DNA of 64,000 bases from Tubiluchus corallicola (lineage: Eukaryota; Animalia; Priapulida). The stretch's first letter is position 1. Every line of letters starts with the position of its first letter. The stretch spans positions 2,790,001-2,854,000 of the forward strand of contig JAQGDQ010000003.1 in NCBI GenBank assembly GCA_030141605.1. The letters are read 5' to 3'. The translations under genes and the position numbers were made by a program. The notes beneath the pieces were generated by a model. The model did not search any database and was not told the origin of the DNA. It saw nothing but the letters and a program-made list of their open reading frames with translations. Below are positions 40,820 through 52,975 of the stretch, in pieces.

Positions 40820-42780
40820 ATTTTACAGGAGAGTTGTGGGCTGGTTCACATCGAGAGTTCTGAATAAGGCACAGGGCTGTTCACATGAGTGTTGCTTTCT
40901 GACAGCAAAGTGCAGTTAACATGTCTCAGAAATAAAACTTTGTTCGGTAGACAGGGAACTGTAAATAAGCTCAATACGCCAAGTTGTTGAAGTATAATAC
41001 AGAGAAAGACTTTAAATAGCATGAAAACTAGATAAAATTGGAAACACTTCGCAGTGTATGGCTGTATACATGCGTAAAAGTATTATTATTATGGATATAT
41101 AACCCGATATGTGAACAGAGTGATTATAACATGAAACTCTAATGGTCAAACGAATGCACAACTAGTGGGAAAAGTAAACAGAATTTTCACGATATAATCT
41201 CGTTAATCATGGCTAACCTGCCATGAGCATTCGTTCTTCCAAAAAAAGCCTCATGACCGAGTGAGAAAACAATGCTCGATAGACAATGCCGGTGCATTCG
41301 AAATCAGAAATTGCATCTACGTGCCATCTATAGAAAAAACACTAACCCACAGCAGTCACACTGTTCTGGTATGCGGTAATCTAAAATAAGATATTATATT
41401 GATAGATACATAGAGGCAATATTTCATGGTTAGCAATTAGAGAATGTATTCTTGAGATGTGTGTCTTCTGATGGCGGTATTTTTCCAATAAACCTTCTAC
41501 ATGCAAGCAAGACAGTGTTTCAGATACATGACGAGTTGGCAATATTGTTTCCCTACACGGCCATCTTCACTAGGCATAATAAAAACACAACAAAAAATGT
41601 TTAGAAACCGTCCAGTCAAAAATGTTTCCACTAAGTAGAAAATTCGTGGTTCCAGTCTTGTCATAATGTTTGTAATACTCAGCATTTTCCCTTTAAAGCT
41701 CTTGGAAATCCATAAAATAATGAATGTAAAAATTTTGCAAATTTTTTTGCCCTATTGTGACATTTTCGTTTTCTTCATTTTACTTTTTCTTTTTTATCGT
41801 CATCAATATTTTTCTTCCAACAGTTTGTTATCTCTATATTACAATACCTTGAGGAAATCTAGTTAATGATTAGAACAGTCTCCCACTAGAACTAGTTGAG
41901 GCTCCTTCAGTAACGGTTTCAATTGTGGTTTTGTTAATTTTAGAGTGACAGCTAATACCAGTACACGTGAAGTTGATCCGCATGAGCTTTGATCTGCTCA
42001 CCACCCAGCTTATCCTATGCATCAGCTCTATTTGCGTATGTACACACATTTTTCTCCGATAACTAATTTTTCACACCCATGTGACTTCTATAACCACATT
42101 AAATTTTATCTGACCTTTCAAGTTTTTTTTTGTAAAAAATCTTATCTGATGATTCTTTTTCCGCTTTCTTTTTTCTTTTTTGTAGGAGGTTTTTGTTTTA
42201 TTATTTTTCCCCGTAACCTCTTCTCTAATTTGTTGGTGCATAAACTGAACTACCATAAAGCAGACACTGTTTTCCGAAATCTCCTTTTTCTGAGTGGCTT
42301 CTGTTGTGGAGATCTGGAATATTCTATAGTATAGTAGAACAATCTTCTTACCTTGTAGAAGATTCGAGAGCTTTCTATACGCGATGCGTGTAGTGCTTTC
42401 TAGATGGTTGATTTGCACTGATATATAAGGCGGAGCTGGCCATTGGAGTTTATTCTCTTGCATCTTTGTATTCTCAGATTTTGAGATACGCTTTACGCTT
42501 TCATGTTTCCAGATTATCACACTTACTGTAAACATTTCGCGTTCCTTCATACTTTTGTGTTGTAGAATTCTCGTATAATAAACTAGTTTAATTTGACGAC
42601 GTGTTTTCTGGTTTTCTCTACAAGCCTTCCGAGAGAAACAAAACACAACAGCTTCTTCATGTACTTTCATGTACAACCTACAATTTTTCCAGGTCTGCAG
42701 TATCTCTTGTTCTCTCATTTCCAACAAACTTCTTGCATTTCTCAGAATAGCCTCATATACCAAATCAGACAATAGCGGTA
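40820..42780 (-). pseudogene. Decayed coding sequence, possibly SAMD9-like STAND NTPase
   Basis: A 233-codon ORF (42772-42071) is followed by frameshifted coding-like pieces, including RIHSLIANHEIL (41452-41417), RALFSHSV, TFPTSCAF and HF.VRK...PY.SE. Their order is reminiscent of SAMD9-family blocks. The similarity is from memory and weak. Confidence 0.3.
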
Positions 42781-43029
42781 GACTGTAGTACCAAATTAAG
42801 TAAGGGTCACGAAGTCGTTAATAATGTTCAAAAAGTTCACTTCTGTCTGAAACTGGAAACATCGTCGTTTTTGCGCTGATGTCGTCTTTGTGTATTTGGA
42901 CTATTTTCTACAATTTTATTTCTTATTTTTTATTTAAATTATTAACTTACGCAGTTTAAAAGGTTCTCTGAATGCCACGCAAAAATTTCACATAGCTTAT
43001 AGAGTTGACAGCGGCTTTTTCCTTTAAAA

Positions 43030-46000
43030 ATGGCTTGTGTAACATGTGAAAACCCAGATTTCGCTGTGGTCTGTGATTATCTGCATAGATTTGCAGAAGT
43101 GTTGGGAATAAAAAAGTTGTCGATTGATCGTTTGGAGCAAATGCTTGAAAAGAAAAAACAGATCTCAAAGGTGGGCGAAGATTTTTTTATTTTAGTAGTA
43201 CTGTTAATTTTGCTTGACAGTTTATAATCGATCGATTGATTGATTGGCGGGTTTTGTTAAAAATACAAAATAATATTTTTACGAATATTGAAATAATCTG
43301 GTCTGATCATCCATTAATCCGTAAATTAGAGCTGGGGTATTAGCACTTGTGTTATTTGCCCCTCCACTTTACTAAAATGGCGAAATTGCTGATCATTCTT
43401 CTGTTGTTTCGAATAAATTTGTTATACGAGAGCTTCCACACTTGAAGCCTTGCTGTGCTGGATGTAACAAGTTGTTTTTTCTATGTGTGCATAGATTTTG
43501 TCACACGTAATGCCTTCTAGGAGTTTATAGACTATAGAGGTAAGACTTAGAACTGGTCCATAATTTGTAGCTGCATTCTTTGCACCTTTTTTTTCTATAT
43601 TTCCATAAGGCCTTGATGACATTGTCATACATTTTGTTGAGTTTCTTTATTTGTTTGTGCAGGTCGGGTTTGGTGGCTAAACTAGTATTTAATTAACTGC
43701 AGGTATTTCAACATCTACAAGCTGGCTAGTGTCTTCTGTTATAAATACGAAGGAAAAGCTATCTTCTAGGACCTGAGCCTTATCTTCGTCTGAGACTGCT
43801 AGGTTGCCTGTTGTTTGAGTAAAGATGCAACATGCTCTTTACATTTCATATTTGAATCGACCTAGGGCCAGAAAGCCGTGGGATTTCTTGCACAGTCCTC
43901 TACCAGAGTCCTCTTAAAATTTTGTTTGGCAAGTCTTACAACACCAGTTACTTTGTTTCGCACAGCACAATATTGTTTGTAATGCTCTTTAAAATTACTG
44001 TGTTGGAACCTATTCCACAATACTTTTTTTCTTGATTTTGCATAAAACTTGTTGCGGGTACACGCGTTGTGATAAGATGCTGGATGGTATTCTCCAACTT
44101 ATAACAACATTTAGCTGCCGGTTTGTTCTCAAATAAGCAAGTTCAGCTCATTTCAGCTAGTGCTTGTGAAGTAGACATGAGATTCGCTATGGTACAACGA
44201 TATGATACTTAAATTTCGTTGTGTTACGTCTTATGGCTGACCACTGTATAGCAATGTCATACATCAGCATGACGTGGTTAAATTTCCGAAACCGAATTCG
44301 AATATTTAATCTGCCTTTAGTGCTCATTACGAGTTTTATTATGGATCTTGTAAATTAACACCAGTCTGTTTTTTTCTTAGGATCAGTGCATTGTTAGGAT
44401 TAGTTACAATGGATGTTTTATCAAAACAAAATGGTCTTGTTAAACATGACAAAGCTTCTTGATTTGGATTTACAGTATATAGTTTGCCTTAGTTCATGTT
44501 CAGCTTGCTTTGATCTTTATTTATTGCCATCTAGAAAATAATGCTATTACTATGCAAAATGTGCATGGTAATACATACAAAGAATTCAAAGAAATGTTGG
44601 TATATTTTATAATTGCATATTCTTATTTTAAGTTAAATTAACCTTAGAAAGCAAAAAGGAAACTAAATAGCATCTGTCTTTAGAACCACAATAACTGAAA
44701 TGACAGCACTAGTTGGCAGCGGATTTACATCTTAAATTGAATAAACATGAATTATGAAGACTGCTTTGCATTATTTTACTAAATCCAGATCACGTCAGGA
44801 ATAGTTAAAGTAAAACTGGGTCGCATTGGAATCGAAATTTCAATTTGGATTCGGAATTTGATATTGTGAGTAGCGAAGCTTTGTCCCATGCCTGGCGCAT
44901 CAGATATGATACATTATGTGCATGCTCAATGTGAGTATGCTTACAACACCTATGCTTACATTAGACCAAGTGTATCTAGTTCGTCTAATATTCCCACTTT
45001 TTGTTTATATTTGCTCTATTCTTACCTGATTTGATAGACTGAGTTACAGAGAACACGTTTTGTCAGATTGCCATTATTTTACCATAACATTTATGTCATT
45101 TACGTCAGCAAGTGCTGTTAATAGTGAAATTTTCTAAAAATAAGAGCACCACCGGCAAGTACCAAGTGAAGTAACTTAAAAGACCTCGAATAATCTAACA
45201 ATACTATCACTAGCTGCCATTATGCCACATTTAAACAAATTACGTAAGAATACATTTAAAAGGTTATGTTAGTATTTCTAATTATTTCACTGATGCTGCA
45301 CTGTGATTACTATTACTACTATCTAGCACCATGCTCACGAGCGATATGCAGAATGTTACAAATATGATGCAAAACCCATGATCTGTGCTTTATACACACA
45401 CACATGCATGCACACACACACACACACACACGAGAGAGAGAAATTCATGCATTGTGATAAGATGCTGGATGGTATTCTCCAATTCATAACAAGATTCAGC
45501 TGTAGTATATATATATATATTCCACATAACATAACACATTGACATTAGCAACACGCCGGTATTTTCTATAATCCCGAGAACAACGTATATGAATGAATAC
45601 CAGCTTTCAATCATAGGCTGGTGGTTGACAGAATGTGCAGGTAGCAGGTAAGGGCTCATCTTAGTTCAGTCTAATTAACTTAAGCTACCTATGAGAAAAC
45701 CTTGATAGCAAAATGTGTACTACTTAGTCCTCGGCAAATCTGTTACAACCAGCAGCAATTTCATTTAGCTTTAAACTATACTAATGGGAAGGAAAATGTC
45801 TTTGCATCTTATCTGTTACATCATGCATTGAAGGGATAAATGAAAGTGATGAGTTTTTTCTTGATAACCTAGAAATAACCTAGTTCTCTTCCAGCAAAAG
45901 TGTTGATCTTCTGACTGATTATTTTGTCAATTTCCATGGAGTAATCATTGCATAATAGAGATGAAATTTATCTGTACGTTCATCACTGCATTTAAATAGT

Positions 46001-49000
46001 TTCTTGCTTGAGCTAATGACCTCTAATAGCTGATGTGTTTCATTCAAAGAAGTATTTTTTCTGAAACGTATTATCATTATTATTATTTATTTATTCATTT
46101 ATCCATTTGATATTACAATATATTAAATAATCACAATATTTTGTTGACAAAATTGACAATACATTGCAGTGAGTGAGTTCAAGAGCTGTGATGTTGTTCA
46201 TCTGTATCAACAAGTTCGATGTCAGATTTACAGTCAGTGTATATTGGTTTGATGTATTTTTGACTGACATTTGTTGAATGAAATATTGTTTTATTTTGCA
46301 GGAAGTGATTGATCTTCATGTTCATTTAATGAGAAGGATCAGCAAAGGAAATGTGCCACGGGACAAATGGGAACGGTGCTTAAGTAAAATCTGCCTTCAG
46401 TATTCATACGATGAATCTTGTTTACTACTTGAGCAAGGGTATCTAAGCCTAAACATAGAAGCTAAACTCCGATTGCTTAAATATTTAACCGAGAAGCAGT
46501 TTGACCATAACCAGAAGTTAAAACAAGACCATGTTAACAAATTGTCAGCTGAATCGTTGAGAACTGTTCCTATTGGAAAAGATATGCATGGGCATGCCTA
46601 TTGGTATCTATCTGATGCAGATGCTGCTTTAAGAATATATGAACAGGAATTTCATGCTGACACATCTGTTCTTACTTGGAAACTCATTGGAAAGAAACGA
46701 GATGATTTGGCTAATCTTATAGATGTGCTTAAATTTAAACAGAATCAAGATGGCACAATGGATGTAAAAGAGTCTGCTAATGATAAAGTGGAGGAGTTGC
46801 AGGAATCCGAACAGAAATTTGGAAAGGTGAAAGAAGATGATGTTAATGATTTTATGAAATGCGAACCCATAAATGCAGAGTTGAAATCATTAACTACAAC
46901 ATTTGTGGATAGTAATACTGCCATGTCTCTGAATTGTGCTTACGTACCTGAAGAAGTAAAACAAGGTCAAAGTGATTATGCTTGCACAGGCACTGTGCCA
47001 AATTGTTGTGATGCTAAAGAGAATGTTGCCGATGCCGAATCATCAAACACTGAAAGTAAGGTTGATATCAGTCACCTTGTAAGCACTGAATTGGAAAATA
47101 TTGTCAACCGTGTGTGTGAAAGTGAAAATTTTGTGTTTGACGTTAAGGAATCCTTGCAGCCGGAGATTGTGCCTGGTAGGCTACAAAATGGTTGTGGAAA
47201 TCAGCTGTCTAATGATGTAAACTCTCAACTACTTCAAAATGACATTAAGTTAGAAAATGCTGACTTAAGTAATCACTATGAAGATAACATTTCCAGTGAA
47301 AAAGAAAACTGTTTTGATTTAGTAAAAAATTCTACCTGTAATTCATCTGTAATTTCAAAAGATATTGAAAATAAGGAGGATTGTGAACTTGGTATTGCAA
47401 AGCAAATTATTAATGGAAATAAAGGAATGAAAAAATTAAAAGAGAAAAGGAAAGGAAAATTTAAACAAAAAAAGTATAGAAAAAAGGTAACTGACATTGC
47501 TGCATTAGATGCTCCACCTGTTGAGCTGAGAAGAAGTTTACGAAATCGGCAACCTAGGAAGCCAGTGCAGCAAGTAGTGGAATGGAGTGAATCAAGCGAT
47601 GAATGTGAAAAGAAAAAATCCACTAAAGTGAAAAATAAAAAGAAAGTCGAGTCAGATGATGAGTTTTTGCCATCGCTTATGCCATCAAAAGCACCAAGTA
47701 TTGATTCGGAAATCGAAAGTGATTCCGACGAGCTTGTTACTATTAAACAAAGAGCAAGGACAGTAAAAAAAACTGAGAATGAATCCAATGTCGAAGAAGA
47801 TGGAAAGCCATGTTCTCGGTGTGATAAAGACCACGATCCGGAATGTATACTGTTATGTGACACCTGTGATGATGGTTATCATTTGGAATGCTTAAATCCT
47901 CCATTAACAGATGTTCCCGATGGAAATTGGTACTGCCCTCCATGTGAACATAAGATGTTGATAGAGGCACTAGAGAAGCAGCTAGCTGCACTCGATGGAC
48001 TTTTGAAAGAAAAGGAAAGGCTTGAACATCGCAATAAGCGGCTAGCCTACGTCAATGTGAATCTTTCAAATCTTGTAGTACCAAAAAGGAAAAACAAAAT
48101 TTATAGTGAAGAAGAGGAGGAAAGTGAAGAAAGTGATGAATCTGATTCTGACCTTTACAACCCCGATATATGGCAGAGACGATCAAGGCGAAAACATCAG
48201 CAGATTAGCTACAAATTTGAGGATTTTGATGAACTTATTGAAGAAGCTGTTAAAGATGAAGTAAAAGAAAAACGAATTATACCACCAGGTAGAAGTAGGG
48301 GAAAGGACATGTCAAATATTGAGGGCCTTCCACCTGAAGATACTGAGCAAACATCCAGTAGTAAAAAGCTCAAAAACCGAAAGCTAACTAGTTTGGATGA
48401 CGACACTGAAGACAATGATTATAGTGATATAAGTTATAAAGGATCAGATGATGAAAACAGTGAAAGTGATGAAGTAACAAGTGAACCTGAGAGCGAGTCT
48501 GAGAATTTTAGTGGAGATTCATTACAGTACCGGCGTCGATCCACTAGATATTCCAAAAGTGGAAAGCAAAAAAGAGGCCCCAAGCGTCGTCAAAAATACT
48601 GGTTAAGTGACAGCTCTTCTAATGACACTTGGACACGGAAAAGGCGACGTGTCACACAAAATGTCACTTACAAAGAGTCGTCTGGTGAGGATAGTGATTC
48701 TAACCATCGACATAAACATAAACAAGAAAAGAGGAAAAAGAAAAGTGACAGCAGTGACGAGTGGTCAAATCTTGAGAAAAATGAACAATCATCTGAAAGT
48801 GACGAACTTTCAGATATTAATATTAGCAAACGCAAACGAGTTTTGCTACCGGACTTGTCCGACTCTGACGAAGCTGAAGAATCTAAGAAAAGCGCTGATG
48901 ACGTTTCTCAAGATGAAAGTGGAAACGATCTTTCTGAACAAAAACCTAACAAACTGAAGCGTGGACGACAAATTATTGAATCTGATGAGAGCGATTTAAA

Positions 49001-49595
49001 CGTGTGCAAAGCCTCGTCTCCTGCAGACAATTGTGATTCAAAGGACCAGGTTTTCAATGAGGAAAACGACCCCTCTAGCGATAGTAATCTAAGTAGCGAA
49101 GAATATGTGAGTGATCAAGAAGCATTCATTGATAAAGAAGTTACAGCAGAGGCAAAGTCTGAACAGTCTTCATATGTGAATTCATTGGAAAAAAGTTGTG
49201 AAATGGAAATAGGTAAATTTTGTGATAATCATTCAAATTTGCAACCAAAAGAAAAACATATAGATGTGTCGTTGGCATTAGGAACCACAGATGCACTAGA
49301 ATCTTTTGCAAACAGCAATGCTGTGCCTTGCCAACAACAGTCATTCTCTATGACAGATAATCCTCCTGTTAAAATAAATACTTCACTAACTGCTCAGAGC
49401 GAGACATGCATGCCAGCGTCAGCCATTGAACTAAGTAATGAACAAAATTTCCTCTATAAACCTGGTATAGACAGCGAACAGAGAATTTCACCAAATTTAG
49501 GAAGACCGACTACAAATGGTTTTATGATTGCAAACATTCTTCAAGGAACTAGAGAACAGCTTGAAGATAATAAAAACCCGACAATAAACAGTTGA
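43030..49595 (+). CDS. RSF1: Remodeling and spacing factor 1-like (DDT/WHIM + PHD finger), 1144 aa, 2 exons
   Basis: Exon 1 is 43030-43170 (CENPDFAVVCDYLHRFAEVLGI; AAG|gtggg) and exon 2 is 46302-49595 (ttgcag|GAA). Motifs: LHVHLMRRI, DKWERCL, LLKYLTEKQFDHNQKLK, LRTVPIGKDMHGHAYWY, PHD finger CSRC..CDTCDDGYHLECLNPPL..VPDGNWYCPPCEH, RLAYVNVNLSN, ISYKFEDFDELIEEA and GKDMSNI, all as in RSF1. Confidence 0.92.
43420..44050 (-). mobile_element. Decayed CR1-type LINE RT fragment in RSF1 intron 1
   Basis: KKGAKNAATNYGPVLSLTSIVYKLLEGI matches KKG....NYRPISLTSIVCKLLE. An upstream VSDEDKAQVL..FSFVF segment is also CR1-like. Confidence 0.7.
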
Positions 49596-50526
49596 TAAAT
49601 GTAATTTTTCTTGTAAAACAAATGCATAGAAGTGTAATGGCTAAGTTATTAAAAACGGCATTCATGTAGTCAGACGCCTCAGAATCATGTTCCTACTGAC
49701 CTTCTTTAAAATTGTCTTAAATTGTACATTCTGAATAAGGTCAATGTGGCCATAAAAGTTGCTTTTGCTTTAGGTTTTAACCAAACTTGATGTGAAAGGT
49801 ATTAAACATTTGGTGCAAGCTGTGTACCTATTTACCTGCAGCATGTATCATTTCATTACAGTCTCATCAACTGACTGAACAGAAGTTCGCTACAAAGAAA
49901 TTTGTACATAAATGTAAGTCCTTTCCCTATATTGTGCATATTTATTACACTTATAACTTGCTCTAAAACATGGCAATTTTATTTGTATATTTTTTTGTTT
50001 TTTTGCATAAAGCAAGTTGTTTTGGCATGGAGACTGCCAAGACTGTTTTAAACAAAATATATTTATTTTTGTAGATATTATGTATTTGCAATGCACAACT
50101 TATTACATATTTGTAAATATTACAAGATCATGGTTTTATGTCAAACTGTTCTTCTGTGTAAGCTGGCAGAATATTGAATATTTACAGCTATTCTATAATA
50201 GTTCATCACTATTAAAAGATTATTTATCTTCAGTGTTGCATTAACATATATGTTTTCTAACATTTAAGTCACAAAAATGCTGATTCATATTTATTTTATC
50301 TCACGTAAAATTATTTTAATTTCCGTTAAGTCTCAGTAACATATGCCTATGTTATTGTACTTGTAATGTATAAGGTAATAAATTATTCTATGACCTCATG
50401 GGTTCTTATTTTGTTGTCTGTTGAGCCTGCTGATTAAGTTCTTATCTTTGGAAGGCTCTAGTTTGCAAGTGTACATGCAAGTGTGAAAAATAATGATTGC
50501 AAAATTGTATTGAATATTATTATGCA

Positions 50527-50542
50527 AAAATAAATTTATTTT
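50527..50542. terminator. Palindromic poly(A) signal (AATAAA on both strands) between convergent RSF1 and PDZD7
   Basis: AAAATAAATTTATTTT is a perfect 16-bp palindrome. A further + strand AATAAA lies at 50377-50382. Confidence 0.4.
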
Positions 50543-52975
50543 CCAATGCTAATCACGTCTACTTAACACTATAAGGCAATGATAAATGGCTATAATAACT
50601 TCTACAAAATGAGTGTTTAAACATTATAACAGTAATTATGAGCTACGCAACACATAACAGGGCAATCAAAAGGCACAGAGTCGAAACTTTGGTGTCTATG
50701 CAAAGTAATAAAACACGAAGCAGGTGTATGAAGAAATTAATTATAGAACATTGTTTCAACCAATTAAAGAATAATAGTGATCACATGACAAAATGACACA
50801 GTTATGGTAAAAACTTAATTTATGTTATCAATTTGAGCAAGGTAACACCCATGCATTCAATAAAGAGACCAGTGAAGCAAAATTAAGTCGCCGGTTAATG
50901 TGATGGAAGCCTGAAAAAATTTAATTTATCACATTATAAAATCTGAGTTTGCTATGGACGTTTGTGTATTTAACTTGTATGTTATGATCAACAAAATAAC
51001 CAGGCAACATGATAATTATGAATGCCACAGGCAGTAAAGATATTACAGTTTGTATCACATCCAATATCCTGTTCCTAGGATTTTTTTTCTATCCTGTTAA
51101 TATGGTGTTTTCATTAATAATAAAACAGCAAAGTGGATACATGGGATTTAAATTATATGTCCAAAGTTATATACATGTAATAGTATACCTACAAACGTGT
51201 TCTACATTAGTGTAACTTGCTATAAAGTATGTAATATGTACACAACCACTGTCTGGTAAACTCTTTGGTTGCATTTCAATTTAACCTATGAAATAATCGA
51301 TGTTAGCAAAGTCGTTATCTGCTCTTATAGGGGTCAAAATACTGTATTTACTTGTCATCTAAAATATGGGAGTTTGTTATATTAAATCACTATAACATTC
51401 CTTTGGAGGCTGAGGTAATCTCGAAAGTACCACAGTGCTTTACTATATCTATGTTTATTGTTTAGTTGACAGTTTACACAAATCTGCCCTGAAAAGCAAA
51501 ATTGAAAATATCAGATATACTTGCATTAAAAAAAATTGATAGTCATACGTTCGACTTTACACTTAAAAAGATAATAACATTATAATACATTTATACATAT
51601 TGAACATTCAACTTACGGCATGTTATTCTGTTTACACAAACTACCATTTTACCTACAAAAAATCTTCTAAAGACTACTTTTACAACATCTATTTGGCTTT
51701 AGCCAACATTGGCAAGTCACAAATTAGTTACAAATTATGTAAATCAGTAAGGCAATAAAATACACAATACTACAATTTGACTAACAGCTATTGTGTCCGT
51801 GATACTTATTTCATGTCAATACAGCAAAGCAGATGAACTTATAACATAATTATAACCACCAATTACCAATGTGGTACTGTGGTAATTCTATGTACAGTCT
51901 CACTCCAGCACAGGTATTTACATGTGCAGGAAAAGGCATGACTGGGCTATCATTATTTCTTACATTCTAGTTTCCAGTATCTTAGTGAATTTTGCAGTAT
52001 CAATAGCTAATTCAGCCATGTGCGAAAAGTATAAAATCACTTAAATAAGGATGGTTGACTTAGTTGGCTGTATGGTCGTTCGCCACCCTTTCTTCATACT
52101 AATTATATGTATTTATACATATACCACAAAATATCTTCTGCTTTAGTGAATTTTTTATGTACTGTTAAAGCTGCAGGGGATAAGTAAAATATATCTTATC
52201 TTGTTTTATCTTATCTTAAGTGAGTTAACTATATTTTTAGATGTTTCAAGTAGTGAATACACGATTATACTCATGAAAATAATGCTTTCTTTTTTTACAA
52301 AAACTTCAGCTGTTTTAAAAGTTAAAAGTTACATGGTAGTCATTGAAAAGACAATGGGTGAGGATTCCCATAAAGGTTTAGCCTATTAGGCAGCGTGATT
52401 TGTAGCGGCACCATAAATTAATGTTCTTGTGTGTCAAGATTGTGTCACGCCCAAATGGACTGTCTCAAAAACTGATTATAATCACAAAGCTCTTAAAGAA
52501 CTAGCGGTGATTTGAGAAGTTAAACTGACTACAGTGTATAATGAGTAGATACACGATTCCAAAAAGTATTGCACCATCATCAGTTGTTCAACTTCAGATT
52601 ATTATTGTGGAATTTCTTTGTCCACCATTAGCTTATTTTGAAAAAGTTCAAATTAACTGCAGTAACATACATAATTAAATTTTTAGGTGTACAAACTTCC
52701 AGTCGCATAATCCACAAATTTACAAATTGAATAATGCAGCATGCAATATTTAAAATGATTTTGTTGAGCTCAACTCAACTATAGTGAGAGGGAATCTGTC
52801 ACTGGCTGATAACTGACATTAGCTGCATTGGTCTCAGAATTAATTTTAACAGCAATAGCACAACTAAGTGTTAATCTTCAATGCTCTGAAGCTACTAACA
52901 TTGATAATAATATTAGATCCTACAACTTACAAATGACTTAGAATGAATAACATACATGTGAAGAGTAGGTGCCAA

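Noticed and set aside
47276-49344. Antisense and alternate-frame ORFs within RSF1 exon 2
   Set aside because: These are shadow ORFs expected from the codon bias of a long charged coding exon, with no recognisable motifs.
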